Numbered from the stretch's first letter, positions 28,142 through 38,869 are shown. The stretch is DNA of 64,000 bases from Candidatus Forterrea multitransposorum CG_2015-17_Forterrea_25_41 (GCA_009392915.1 CP045477.1:128001-192000), one strand, 5' to 3'. The notes: generated by a model not told the origin, from the sequence alone. Numbers and translations are program-made.

Positions 28142-30544
28142 ATGCAAAAGAGATTAGGTATTTTAGGTATTTTTTTAATAGTTTTAATGTTTGTTTTTTC
28201 ATCAGGCTTTGTTTTTGCTGAAAATTCATTTGTAAGTTATAGTTCTACTTCAAAAGTAGGTTGGGAAATAACTTCTGCTGAAATTACAAATGATAATATT
28301 GAAATTAATTACATGAATAATCTTGAAGCAAGAGATTCTTGTAAAACAAATGAAAGAACTTTTATGTGGGTTCCTTTTGCAACAGAATATAGAGGTTTGT
28401 TTTTAGTAACTCTTTTTGTTCCTAATAATTTTAATAATGAATCTGGATTTGATTCATTTTTGTATGATAATTTGTCTGACAGAGGAAAAAGTGAAAATGA
28501 AACAGAAGATACTCTTAAAAAATATGAACGATATTTAAAAAGTAATGATCCTACTTTTATGAATTATTTAAATAGTTATGTTAGTGAAGATAAATATTTT
28601 TATATAGTTAAAATTGAAGATGATTTTAAACAAAATAAAAATTATACTCATAATATTGATTTAAGTATGATTAATGAATTAGATAAATTTGGAAAAGTTT
28701 ATATTTATTTATATGATCATTGTGGAAGTTTATCTTCATTTTATCATAATGACTATAAAATTTCTAAAAATCTTGCGAAAGCAGTTTATAATTTTAGTGA
28801 TGGTCAAGAAGAAACTTCTAAAAAAGAAAATGCTACTTCAATAAAATTATCTTCTTCTATTGAAGATAATAAAATAAAATTAGATTCAAATGTTACTGAT
28901 AATGTTAATATTTATTATACATTAGATGATTTTAATTTAGAAAACCATTTTAAATCAAAATTTGTTGAATTTAATTATAATAAAGAAAAAATAAATACTT
29001 ATCTTAAAAGTAATTCTTGGAATATTAATCAATTTGGGGTAAATTTTAAAGTGACTAAATATACTGCACCTGTATCTTTATCTTCTGGACAAAAACTAAA
29101 TGCAATTGCAGTTAATTATGATAATTTTACTTTAAGTAATTATCTTGAAGGAATTACTCTTTCATCTTCTGAAAATTATTCTTCATCTTCTCAAAGCAAT
29201 AATTTTTCAATTAACTTTAAAGAAGATAAAAAAACAGATAATGTGATTTGTGAAAAGGAAACAAAAATTTGTTATGTTAAATTTAATCAAAACATTGATT
29301 TAGATTTAATTGCAAATAAAGTAAATGATGGAAATGTTTATTTTTATATTAATGATATAGAAGGAGATATTGAAAATATTGTAAAAAGCTTATCTTCTCC
29401 TCTTTTAAATATTACACCACCTGCTAAATTAAATGATAATAAACTAAGTTTAGGAAGTAATTTATTCAAATATTCAGATTTAGAAAATTATACTCTAAAT
29501 CTTAATCAAAATGAATCAAAGTTTTTTACTATTAGTGCTTTCCAATTAAATACAAATGTTGATAAGTTATATTTTGTATTTTTACCTGACGAAAACTTTG
29601 AAGATTTAGTAAAATATAAAACTTTACAAAAAATAATAAATTCTGTATATTGTGATGGTTGTAAAATTCCAGATTGGATGCCAAATGGATTAATAATTGA
29701 TAATCAAAATTTATCTACTAGTGATCCTGATCCTTCTACTAGTGATCCTGATCCTTCTACTAGTGATCCAAATTGTAAATATACTGGTGATTTTGAAATT
29801 TTATGTGATTTTCATATCTTTAATTTAGATAAAGATATTGGAAGTAGTTCTATTGATAGTTCAGCAGGAACATTTAGCCCTAAAGAAACATATTATTTAG
29901 AAATTGAATATTTTTATAATGATAAAAAAAATAATTTTAATAAAAATTTAGAAGCTTATAAATTATTTGAATCTGAAAAAAATAATTTTAATCTTACTGA
30001 AAATGAAATTACAATATTTTTTTCAATAATTGGAGGAGAATCCTCTTTTTTAAATGATCAAGCTGGTGATCAAGGAGAATCTATAGGTTTAACTCAAATA
30101 AATAAACCTATATGGAGAACAGAAAGTGGTTTTAATGATCTAAAAGTATATCTTCCAAGTGAAGTTAATACAGTTGAAAAATATTATAAATATTTTGATG
30201 ATTCTAAAAATGATTTAAATAAATCTTTATATTTAGGTCTTGCAGTTTTTAAATATAATTTAAATTATGCTAAAAATAATATTTCTAACTTTAATTCAAA
30301 GTATTCAGATATTGATAGAGCATTTATAATGTTTTACGCACACCAGTTTAATATAAGAGATACAAAAACATTCTTTAATACTGTAAATATTCCTACAGAT
30401 AAAGAAAATGTAATTATTAATTGTGCAGGAACTGGTAATGATTTATTCCAAAATTCTTCTTTAAAGAAACTTGGTTGTGTTGCGACTGTAGGTTCTGTAA
30501 GAAAAATTGGATGGTATCTTAATTACATAAATAATTTAAATTAA
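28142..30544 (+). CDS. Large secreted protein with a C-terminal lytic-transglycosylase (SLT)-like domain
   Basis: Signal peptide MQKRLGILGIFLIVLMFVFSSGFVFA. C-terminal GGESSFLNDQAGDQGESIGLTQI aligns with the SLT catalytic signature E-S-x(13)-G-L-M-Q. Also an (STSDPDP)x2.5 linker. Confidence 0.45.
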   Translation: MQKRLGILGIFLIVLMFVFSSGFVFAENSFVSYSSTSKVGWEITSAEITNDNIEINYMNNLEARDSCKTNERTFMWVPFATEYRGLFLVTLFVPNNFNNESGFDSFLYDNLSDRGKSENETEDTLKKYERYLKSNDPTFMNYLNSYVSEDKYFYIVKIEDDFKQNKNYTHNIDLSMINELDKFGKVYIYLYDHCGSLSSFYHNDYKISKNLAKAVYNFSDGQEETSKKENATSIKLSSSIEDNKIKLDSNVTDNVNIYYTLDDFNLENHFKSKFVEFNYNKEKINTYLKSNSWNINQFGVNFKVTKYTAPVSLSSGQKLNAIAVNYDNFTLSNYLEGITLSSSENYSSSSQSNNFSINFKEDKKTDNVICEKETKICYVKFNQNIDLDLIANKVNDGNVYFYINDIEGDIENIVKSLSSPLLNITPPAKLNDNKLSLGSNLFKYSDLENYTLNLNQNESKFFTISAFQLNTNVDKLYFVFLPDENFEDLVKYKTLQKIINSVYCDGCKIPDWMPNGLIIDNQNLSTSDPDPSTSDPDPSTSDPNCKYTGDFEILCDFHIFNLDKDIGSSSIDSSAGTFSPKETYYLEIEYFYNDKKNNFNKNLEAYKLFESEKNNFNLTENEITIFFSIIGGESSFLNDQAGDQGESIGLTQINKPIWRTESGFNDLKVYLPSEVNTVEKYYKYFDDSKNDLNKSLYLGLAVFKYNLNYAKNNISNFNSKYSDIDRAFIMFYAHQFNIRDTKTFFNTVNIPTDKENVIINCAGTGNDLFQNSSLKKLGCVATVGSVRKIGWYLNYINNLN

Positions 30545-30610
30545 ATATTTTTACTTTAATTAAAAGAGAAACAATTCTCTTTTTATTTCTTTATTTACTA
30601 TATATTATAT

Positions 30611-33600
30611 ATGAGTAAAAGATATTTTACAATAATTTTCTTTATATTTCTAATAATAGGTTTATCTGTTCCTATTTTTTCTGCAGAAATAAACCTAAAT
30701 CCTTCTAAAACTTATTACTACAACCAAGAAATTAATCTAGGAACAACTTCTCTTCCAGAAGAAACTTTCTATGTAAACCTAAAAATAACTTCTGAAAACA
30801 GAACTTTATTTGAAAGAGATTTTTTAAAAGAAGAAGCTTTTAACATCCCTTTTATCTTTCAAGACTTCTACCCTTCTTCTTTAACTTTAACTTATAATTA
30901 TTTTTCAGTTTCTAAAGATTTACTTGAAACAAAAGAAGCTAATTTACTTTTAACAAAACTAAACCAAGAGATTGAATATTTTTTCTGTAATGAAATTGAA
31001 TGTGAAAAAGAACTTTTTGATGTTATTGAAGAAAATAAAGATTTCTATCTTTCCTCTTCTCTAAAAAACATGTCTTTTACAGTAAAGATAACTTCACAAG
31101 ATTATTTAAAAGACTACAAAGAAGTATCTTTACCTTTAAAACTTAATTTAAAAGAAGGAGTTTATTCTTTAGAGATTTCAACACTTCTTGATGATTCAAT
31201 ATTTTCAAAGACTTTAGATATTATTGTAGTCTCACAAGATCAGATTTCTTCTCCTGAAAACAATCCTTCAGGTCTTGAAGGTTTAGGTTCTGGTGTTCAA
31301 GGTGTTCCTTCTCAAAATATTTTTCAAAAAATAAAAAGTAACAGCTTACAAGATAATTTAAGAAGCTATTGGTATATTCTTTTAATAATTATTATTTTAT
31401 TATTTTTAATATTTAAAAAAAGAAAAAAAGAACCTATGCAAGAAAATATTAAAAAAGAAAGTTCTCTTTCAAGAAGAGAAGCAAGAAAAATACATTTATT
31501 TATATTATTAATAATTATTTCTTTATTTTCACAAATTACTTTTGCAAACTTTGTTGATAAAGAATACGAGTTTAGTTACTTTACAGATGATTATAAACTT
31601 TTAGAAAAAAACTTTCCTCAAGAAAACGAAATTTCTTTATATCTTACAAATTTAAAGCAAACTAATTCTTATTTTTTACCTTTAATAAACCATACAAACC
31701 AATCTTTAGTTTATTCTCAGAAAAAAGAACTTTATCAAGGAACACTAGAATACATTCCAATATATTCTTTATTTGCAATTGATATAAATAAATCACAAGG
31801 AAATTATGCTCCTTTCTTGCCAAATGAACAATATTCTCAATATTGTAAACCAGTTTTAGATTATTTTAAAAATCATCCTGTTAGTACAAAAGTAGATTTA
31901 ATAAACAGAAATAAATTTTATTTAACAAATTATATTGGTTTTTCAAAAGAATGTATAGATGAGCTTATCTCTAAAAGATGGCTTCAAGAAAAATATGTTT
32001 TAGCAGAAATTAAATATTCTCCTAAAGATTTTGATAATCAATCAAAAATTATTCAAGAAGAATTATTTTTTGAAAGTGATTTATTTTCAGATTCATTAAC
32101 TCTTCCAATAAACATTATTAAAACAGATTCTGCAATTGTCTACACTTATCCAGATCCAAAAAACTATAATAGCATAAGACTTGAAGTTGAGGAAAATGGT
32201 TGGATCTTAAGTAATAGAGTAAATTATCCTTATAGTTTTACAGAAATGGAAGAAGTTTTTACTTTTAATTTAACTGAAGGTGCTTTTGGGTCCTTTAGAT
32301 ATACTCTTAATAATTATAATGAAAATTTTGCAGATGTTACTGTTAATTATTTAGATAAAGAAGAATCTTTATCTTTTAGTAATTTTTTACCATCAAGTTA
32401 TTTTTCTATAAATGATGGTAATTTTAATACAGATGTTATAAGTAAATTAAATAGAAATAATGGTCATTTAATATTTAACAATTATCAATTATATAATGTT
32501 GTGGAAAACAGAAGAAAAAGAAGATTATCAATAAATGATAATTATCAAGATTCTTTAAATGTTTTATCAAGAAAAGAATATTCTTTAGTATATACTCCTT
32601 CTTTTTATAATGAAAATAATTTTTATCTTCATTTAAATTCAGGAAAATACTTAAACCCAATAATTAAAGGTAACATGCATTTATTTTATGATGTTGATCC
32701 TTTACTTTTCAAAACCATTGATTTGTTTATGATAAATAATGATAATGGTAAATTTTATTTTTCAGAAAACATGGCAAACTATAATTATAGTACAACAAGT
32801 TTTCTTCTAGAAAACGATACTCTTAAAATCAATGAAATATATTCTTCAAAAGACTATACTTCTTTCCATATTCTTTTTAAAGATGAAAATGTTCCTATAG
32901 TAATTTCAACAGATAGAAAAAATATTCTTTCAACAAACGATCCTTATTTTTATATTTATAAAGATTATTTTATAATGACTTTAAATGGTACTTTAAGAGT
33001 TTATAAAAATAAAAATATAAATATTACAGAAAAAGTAAACACTTATAGTAATTATGATGATAAATTTTTAACATTAACAGGCAGAAATCCTAATTTTGAT
33101 AAAAATCAAAACATTTATTTTACAAATAATCTAAAATTATTTAATGACTATATATATGATGTCTCAACAGCACAAGACCTATCTTTAATTGAACAAAAAG
33201 TATTTTGGGCAAATTCTTTTAAAAAAGCAGACTTAGAAGTTGATGATTGGTTCTCTGAAAATAGTTTTTGTGATTCTAATCTTTTAATGGAAGATTTTAA
33301 TAAAGTTTCAGAAAATCTAAAAAGACTAAATTTTACAATTCTTAAGTACCCTAATCTTAATTTAACTCCTTTTAGTAATGTTTTAGAAAATACTAAAAAC
33401 TATATTATTCCAAGAAACACTTTTACAAAAGAAAATTATGATTTTTTATGTAATTATACAAAAGAAGATTCTTTTAGAAACTATTCTAATATTATTTTAA
33501 ATTCTTCAGAATATTTAAATGATCAAAATAGTTTTATTGAACAACTTTCTTTTTTCCAAACTCCAATCTCTCAAATCTATCCTGGTCCTGATAATTATAA

Positions 33601-34480
33601 AGCTAAATATTTATCTGATTATTTTACTTCTTATAAAGAAGGTATTATTTTTATAGATGAAAATAATATTATTAAGGGTGCTTCTTCTCTTAATTTTAAG
33701 GATGATTATTCTTCAGTAATTGATTTCTTTTCAAATTATTTAGTGTTTGACAGATTATCTATCTTTTATCCTGATAATTTAGTTTTTAGTTTTGAAACTT
33801 CTGAAAATTTAGCAACTAGAAATTATATTAGAAATAATTTTTTAAAAGATAAAGAAAAATTATCTCTAAAATTTAAACTTCCAAAAAGAAGTGATGAGTT
33901 AGATGAAGATTATATTTATGAAAGATTTATTTTTCAAGATAGAGTAAATAATTATGTTGGTAATTGTACAAGGTTAAGTTTAGATGTTGCAAGAAAATAT
34001 ATCTATAACAATGTACGTAATTTTTCAGAAGATAACTCTTGGTGGGGTTCAGATTATAGAAGAGAAGATGCTTGGTTTCTTGCAAAAGAAAATCAAGTTA
34101 TTTGGAATCATGAAAATGATCTTCCTTTAAATCAAGAAAATGTTTTTGAAGGTGTTGTTTTAGGGGTCTATATTGGTTCAACAGAATACACTTATAGTCC
34201 TGATTCAACAGTTCTTATTAGAGCTGGAAAAACTTTTAAAGATCTAGAATACACACATACTATGCCATATCTTGATAATTATAAAAATAAAACAGGAATT
34301 ACTCTTAATGCAGGTTCAAGAAGTGTTAGTGTTGAAAACGCTTTTGAGTATACTTCTTCTTATGGAAGAGAATTAAGAGAGATAATTGTTCCTAGAAATT
34401 TTTATGATAATAAAATAAAAGATAAGTATGGTAAAACAGAACTTGATTATGTTAAAGAATATTTAACTTCTTTTGACTAA
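30611..34480 (+). CDS. Giant secreted/membrane-associated protein (1289 aa), hypothetical
   Basis: N-terminal signal peptide and two internal hydrophobic segments (about aa 250-270 and 300-320); N-glycosylation sequon-rich; no catalytic motif recognised. Confidence 0.4.
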   Translation: MSKRYFTIIFFIFLIIGLSVPIFSAEINLNPSKTYYYNQEINLGTTSLPEETFYVNLKITSENRTLFERDFLKEEAFNIPFIFQDFYPSSLTLTYNYFSVSKDLLETKEANLLLTKLNQEIEYFFCNEIECEKELFDVIEENKDFYLSSSLKNMSFTVKITSQDYLKDYKEVSLPLKLNLKEGVYSLEISTLLDDSIFSKTLDIIVVSQDQISSPENNPSGLEGLGSGVQGVPSQNIFQKIKSNSLQDNLRSYWYILLIIIILLFLIFKKRKKEPMQENIKKESSLSRREARKIHLFILLIIISLFSQITFANFVDKEYEFSYFTDDYKLLEKNFPQENEISLYLTNLKQTNSYFLPLINHTNQSLVYSQKKELYQGTLEYIPIYSLFAIDINKSQGNYAPFLPNEQYSQYCKPVLDYFKNHPVSTKVDLINRNKFYLTNYIGFSKECIDELISKRWLQEKYVLAEIKYSPKDFDNQSKIIQEELFFESDLFSDSLTLPINIIKTDSAIVYTYPDPKNYNSIRLEVEENGWILSNRVNYPYSFTEMEEVFTFNLTEGAFGSFRYTLNNYNENFADVTVNYLDKEESLSFSNFLPSSYFSINDGNFNTDVISKLNRNNGHLIFNNYQLYNVVENRRKRRLSINDNYQDSLNVLSRKEYSLVYTPSFYNENNFYLHLNSGKYLNPIIKGNMHLFYDVDPLLFKTIDLFMINNDNGKFYFSENMANYNYSTTSFLLENDTLKINEIYSSKDYTSFHILFKDENVPIVISTDRKNILSTNDPYFYIYKDYFIMTLNGTLRVYKNKNINITEKVNTYSNYDDKFLTLTGRNPNFDKNQNIYFTNNLKLFNDYIYDVSTAQDLSLIEQKVFWANSFKKADLEVDDWFSENSFCDSNLLMEDFNKVSENLKRLNFTILKYPNLNLTPFSNVLENTKNYIIPRNTFTKENYDFLCNYTKEDSFRNYSNIILNSSEYLNDQNSFIEQLSFFQTPISQIYPGPDNYKAKYLSDYFTSYKEGIIFIDENNIIKGASSLNFKDDYSSVIDFFSNYLVFDRLSIFYPDNLVFSFETSENLATRNYIRNNFLKDKEKLSLKFKLPKRSDELDEDYIYERFIFQDRVNNYVGNCTRLSLDVARKYIYNNVRNFSEDNSWWGSDYRREDAWFLAKENQVIWNHENDLPLNQENVFEGVVLGVYIGSTEYTYSPDSTVLIRAGKTFKDLEYTHTMPYLDNYKNKTGITLNAGSRSVSVENAFEYTSSYGRELREIIVPRNFYDNKIKDKYGKTELDYVKEYLTSFD

Positions 34481-34494
34481 ATATGTGATTTATA

Positions 34495-35484
34495 ATGAAA
34501 AAAATAATATCTTTAGGAATTGAATCAACTGCACATACTTTTGGTGTAGGGATTATTGATAATTCAGGAAAGATTTATGCAAATGTTAAAAAACAGTATA
34601 CTGCTGAGACAAAAGGAGAAGGTATTAGACCTTATGATGCATCTGTTTTTCACTTTCAAAACGCAATAGATGTTCTAAAACAAGCCTTAAGTGAATCAAA
34701 TTTAACTATTGATGATATTAATGTAATTTCTTTTGCAAGAAGTCCAGGTCTAGGACCTTGTTTGTCTGTAGGAGCAACTTTTGCAAGAAGTTTATCCTTA
34801 AAATACAATAAACCAATAGTTGGTGTAAACCACTGTGTTGCTCATTTAGAGATTGGAAAAACTTTAATGAAAGCAAAAGATCCTCTTTTCATATACACTT
34901 CTGGTGCAAACACACAAATAATTGCAAAAGACAATAAAAGATATAAGATATTAGGTGAAACTTTAGATATTGGTCTTGGAAATCTTTTTGATTCTTTTGC
35001 AAGAGATTTAGGTTTTGGTTTTCCAGGAGGACCTATTTTAGATAAAATGTATTTTCAGTCAAATAATTATATTCTTCTTCCATATTCTGTTAAAGGCATG
35101 GATATTGTTTTTTCTGGTCTTTTAACTTCTTCAAGAAAATTAATTGGAAAAGTAAAAACTGAAGATTTAGTTTATTCATTTATGCATACTGCTTATGCTA
35201 TGGTTTTAGAAGTTTGTGAAAGAGCATTATCTTATACAAATAAAAAAGAGATTATGGTTATTGGTGGTGTTGCAGCTTCAAAGGCTTTAAAAGAAATGCT
35301 TGAAAGTTTTTCAAAACAAAGAAATATTAAATTATTTATTCCTCCTGTTTCAGTTTGTCTTGATAATGGTGCTATGATTGCAGACTTAGGTTTAAAGCAT
35401 TTTATTTATGATAAAAAACAAAAAATGAAAGATACAGTTATTAATCCAGAAGAAAGAACTGATCAAATAATTATTAATTGGTGA
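34495..35484 (+). CDS. kae1: tRNA N6-adenosine threonylcarbamoyltransferase Kae1
   Basis: LGIESTAHTFGVGIID and the HCVAHLE metal site typical of Kae1/TsaD; stand-alone with no Bud32 fusion. Confidence 0.8.
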   Translation: MKKIISLGIESTAHTFGVGIIDNSGKIYANVKKQYTAETKGEGIRPYDASVFHFQNAIDVLKQALSESNLTIDDINVISFARSPGLGPCLSVGATFARSLSLKYNKPIVGVNHCVAHLEIGKTLMKAKDPLFIYTSGANTQIIAKDNKRYKILGETLDIGLGNLFDSFARDLGFGFPGGPILDKMYFQSNNYILLPYSVKGMDIVFSGLLTSSRKLIGKVKTEDLVYSFMHTAYAMVLEVCERALSYTNKKEIMVIGGVAASKALKEMLESFSKQRNIKLFIPPVSVCLDNGAMIADLGLKHFIYDKKQKMKDTVINPEERTDQIIINW

Positions 35485-35637
35485 ATATTAAATATGTTTA
35501 AAAGAATTAAATTTAAAACAAAAGATTTTTTTAATAACACTTCTTTAGGAGTTTCTTTAAGAGAGAGAAAACTTAAAAAAATTAGAGAAGAAAGATTAAA
35601 GGAAGAAAAATTAAAAAGAGATTTAAAGAAATAATAT

Positions 35638-36396
35638 TTATTTTTTTTTACTTTTAAAAATAATTGTAGGTCCAATTAATCTTACTAATTTTAATGGATA
35701 TACTTTTTTCCAGAAGTTTTTTGTCCATCCTTTTTCTATTTTTTCATCAAATGGTTCAATTATTTCTTCAACAATAAAGTTATTATCTACAAGGCATTTA
35801 TAAGTCTCACTAATTTTATGTGTGTACGCTATAAATTCTATTTTACTTCCATCTGGTCTAATTGTTTCTTGACTACATATTTTTAGTTTGTTGTAGTTTA
35901 AAACTAGTTTAGATGTTTTAGGATCTAAGCTTGAATAGAAAGGATGATCAAAACTAAAAACAAATAATCCATTTTTTTTTAAAACTCTGTTAACTTCTTT
36001 AAAACATTTTTTTAAATTAGGTATATACTGAAGTGCAAAAGCAGAAAAAACTATATCGTAACTATTTGATTTTATACCTTCAAGGTTTTGGATATTTTTT
36101 GTTGAAAAATCAACATTTACTTTTTCTTTTTTTGCAAGTTCTTTTGCATATTTTATTTGTTCTACACAAATATCTAATCCTTTACAAACTGCACCTCTTT
36201 TTGCAAAAGCAATTGAACATTGTCCTCCTCCACACCCAATTTCTAGAATCTTTTTGTTTTTTATATTTCCTAGTAATTTAAGTTTATCTTCGTGAGGCGC
36301 ATATGGTCCATAATGAGCATAGCTTGTACTTATTGTTGATTTTTCTTGATATTTTTTAGAAGATGCTTCCCAATATTTTTTAATTTTTTTAATCAT
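35638..36396 (-). CDS. Class I SAM-dependent methyltransferase
   Basis: Motif I ILEIGCGGGQCSIAFAKRGA and a downstream acidic motif LDICVEQ. Confidence 0.6.
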   Translation of the reverse strand: MIKKIKKYWEASSKKYQEKSTISTSYAHYGPYAPHEDKLKLLGNIKNKKILEIGCGGGQCSIAFAKRGAVCKGLDICVEQIKYAKELAKKEKVNVDFSTKNIQNLEGIKSNSYDIVFSAFALQYIPNLKKCFKEVNRVLKKNGLFVFSFDHPFYSSLDPKTSKLVLNYNKLKICSQETIRPDGSKIEFIAYTHKISETYKCLVDNNFIVEEIIEPFDEKIEKGWTKNFWKKVYPLKLVRLIGPTIIFKSKKK

Positions 36397-36403
36397 ATTA
36401 ATT

Positions 36404-36970
36404 CTATTCTTTATAAGTCTCTTTATATCTTTTTAATGCTCTTAAAATTTCTTTTTGAGCCTCTTTTCTACCTTTTATTCCCATAATTGTGGATTTTTTT
36501 CCTTGAAGTTCTTTATATGTTTCAAAGAAATGTCTAATCTCTAAAATAACATGATCACTAAAGTCTTTAATATCCATTCTCTTATCCATTCTAGGGTCTG
36601 TTGAATGAACTGCAATTATTTTTTCATCTTTTTCATTATTGTCAACCATAAACATTACACCTATAGGTTTTGCTTTAACAATAACTCCTGGTGCTACAGG
36701 ATAATTTGAGATAATAATAATATCAAGTGGATCATTATCTTCAGATAAAGTTTGTGGAATAAAACCATAGTCTCCAGGATAATGTACTGCAGAATAAAGT
36801 ACTCTATCAAGTTTTATATGTCCTGAATCTTTATCAAGTTCGTATTTTAAGATACTACTTTTTGGAACTTCAATAAAAGCTGTTACTTCTTCAGGTATAT
36901 TTTCTCCAGGGCTAAGTTCATGCCATGGGTGTTGTACATGTTTTATTTTCTTATTCATTTTTTCTCGCAT
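36404..36970 (-). CDS. ppa: Inorganic pyrophosphatase
   Basis: DNDPLDII and the YPGDYGFIP family signature. Confidence 0.85.
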   Translation of the reverse strand: MREKMNKKIKHVQHPWHELSPGENIPEEVTAFIEVPKSSILKYELDKDSGHIKLDRVLYSAVHYPGDYGFIPQTLSEDNDPLDIIIISNYPVAPGVIVKAKPIGVMFMVDNNEKDEKIIAVHSTDPRMDKRMDIKDFSDHVILEIRHFFETYKELQGKKSTIMGIKGRKEAQKEILRALKRYKETYKE

Positions 36971-37119
36971 TTTTTATTTATTTTAGTAATATATAATATA
37001 TATCTATAATTTTATAAACAAATAGTTTTTTTAAAGAAAAAATCTGTTTTTAAACTTATTTGTCTTTACATATTATATTTAAGAATATTTATTTTAATTA
37101 TAAAAGGGAGAGATATAAT

Positions 37120-37455
37120 ATGGAATATGTCTTTAAGATTGAAAAAAAAGTAACACATATGGAAAGTCCTTCTAGAAATACTTTAGAAGAAAACACAATA
37201 GCTGTAGAAATTAATGATTCTTTTGAAGAAGATGGTAATGATGGTCATGTTTTTAAATTATTGTCTGCAAATGGAAAAGATGCATGCTTAGAGTATGATA
37301 GACATTATTTAGTTAAAAATGAACATAAAGGTTATGAGTTTAATACAGACTTAATAATTAACCAACCAAAACAAATAACTTCAATGTGGGGTCCTAAACA
37401 AATAACTTATACTTTAACTTATTTAGGAATCTACGGTGAACATTTTAAAGAATAA
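37120..37455 (+). CDS. Hypothetical protein (111 aa)
   Basis: ATG at 37120 preceded by AAGGGAGAG; the track start at 37060 lacks an RBS. Confidence 0.3.
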   Translation: MEYVFKIEKKVTHMESPSRNTLEENTIAVEINDSFEEDGNDGHVFKLLSANGKDACLEYDRHYLVKNEHKGYEFNTDLIINQPKQITSMWGPKQITYTLTYLGIYGEHFKE

Positions 37456-37457
37456 AT

Positions 37458-37805
37458 ATGTATAAACAAATAATTCTTGTAAGAAATGATTTAAAGCTTG
37501 GAAAAGGCAAGATTGCTGCCCAAGCTTCTCATGCATCTTTAGAAAGTTATCTTTTAACTTCAAGAAAAACTCCTTCTATTGCAGAAAATTGGCTTTCTGA
37601 AGGTCAAAAGAAAGTTGTTTTAAAAGTTGAAAGTAGAGAAGAACTTTTAAAAGTCTTTCAAGAAGTAAAATCTTATTTTCCTGCAGTCTTAATTAAAGAT
37701 GCAGCTCATACACAATTAAAGGAACCTGATTTTACTTGTGTTGGTGTTGGTCCTATTAAGGAATTTGAAATTGATAAGTTTACAAAAAGATATAAGTTAT
37801 TATGA
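37458..37805 (+). CDS. pth: Peptidyl-tRNA hydrolase, archaeal PTH2 type
   Basis: KQIILVRNDLKLGKGKIAAQASHAS is the PTH2 signature. Confidence 0.8.
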   Translation: MYKQIILVRNDLKLGKGKIAAQASHASLESYLLTSRKTPSIAENWLSEGQKKVVLKVESREELLKVFQEVKSYFPAVLIKDAAHTQLKEPDFTCVGVGPIKEFEIDKFTKRYKLL

Positions 37806-38320
37806 ATGAAATAAAATATAAACTAATAGATTATAATAATTTTTCAGAACTTACAAAAGAAACTTTAATACAAGTACATGATATTTTAAAAAAAGAAGCT
37901 TCCTGGAACGATACTTTTTCTGAATTTAAAAAAAGATATACAAAAAGTAATTTTAAGAATACTAAGTTATTTTTAGTTTTTGAAAGTACAAAACTTGCAG
38001 GCTTTATTGAAGGTTATTCTATAGGGGATAAAGAGTTTTATGCAAGATCTTTTTATGTTTCTTCAGAGTTTAGAAATAAAAATATTGGAACAAAGTTAAA
38101 GGGTAGAGTTTTAGCTCATTTAAAAAAATTAGGTTATAAAAAATATTCAGATGGTTTAGTTGTAAATCCTTTAGTTTCAAAAATAAGTGATAATCTTATT
38201 AAAAGAAGAAAAAAAGATTCTTTAAAAAAACAACCTAAATTAACTTTTCCTTATGGTTTTAAAGATAAGGGAAGTATTTTGTTTAAAAATATTAAAAAAA
38301 GAAAGCCTGGTAAAAAATAA
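37802..38320 (+). CDS. GNAT-family N-acetyltransferase (tentative) with a basic C-terminal tail
   Basis: ..FYVSSEFRNKNIGTKLKGRVLAHLKKLGY resembles the GNAT motif A (Q/R-x-x-G-x-G/A). Confidence 0.35.
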   Translation: MNEIKYKLIDYNNFSELTKETLIQVHDILKKEASWNDTFSEFKKRYTKSNFKNTKLFLVFESTKLAGFIEGYSIGDKEFYARSFYVSSEFRNKNIGTKLKGRVLAHLKKLGYKKYSDGLVVNPLVSKISDNLIKRRKKDSLKKQPKLTFPYGFKDKGSILFKNIKKRKPGKK

Positions 38321-38464
38321 AATTTATATTGCATCTTTTCTATTTTTAAGTTCTGATAAGGCTTTTATTGCATTTTCATAAAGAATTCTATTTTTTAATC
38401 CTTTTTCTTTTAACATATCTCTTTTAAGGCTTGCAATTACTTCTTCAAGTTCTAAAAACATAGT

Positions 38465-38869
38465 TTATCTATCCTCTTTTTTTTGTTTAATAAAATCATT
38501 AAAAATTAATCCTTTTTGAATAATTTCTTCTTTTTTTATAGAAAATGCTTTTTTTGTTTTATTTAGTTTACTAAAATGGACAAAATACCATTTTTTACCA
38601 GTTAGTCTCCAAGCAATATATGCTTTATGTCCTGATATTTTTTCCCAAGTCTCAAGCTCTTTTATCTGTTCTTCTCTAATATTTAGATATTCCCCTGATT
38701 TTGTCTTACATTCAATTGCAAAACCTATATTGTCTTTAATAACAATAATATCAGGTGTAGGAAGAGTAGAAGATCCTGAGCCTGCAACTCTTGCAGCCAT
38801 AAAACCAATGTCAAAGAACATAAAAAGAAGCTCTCTTTCTGCGTTTGACCCTTTTTTCTTATGCTGCAT
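38465..38869 (-). CDS. hjc: Holliday junction resolvase Hjc
   Basis: GSNAERELLFMFFDIGFMAARVAGSGSS...PDIIVIK..AIECK corresponds to Hjc catalytic motifs E..D..EVK. Confidence 0.7.
   Translation of the reverse strand: MQHKKKGSNAERELLFMFFDIGFMAARVAGSGSSTLPTPDIIVIKDNIGFAIECKTKSGEYLNIREEQIKELETWEKISGHKAYIAWRLTGKKWYFVHFSKLNKTKKAFSIKKEEIIQKGLIFNDFIKQKKEDR

Noticed and set aside
35463-35675. 70-aa minus-strand ORF between kae1 and the methyltransferase
   Set aside because: It overlaps the kae1 3' end antisense. A 46-aa basic plus-strand ORF (35494-35634, MFKRIKFKTKDFF...) is an alternative, but it is too short and compositionally biased to call.
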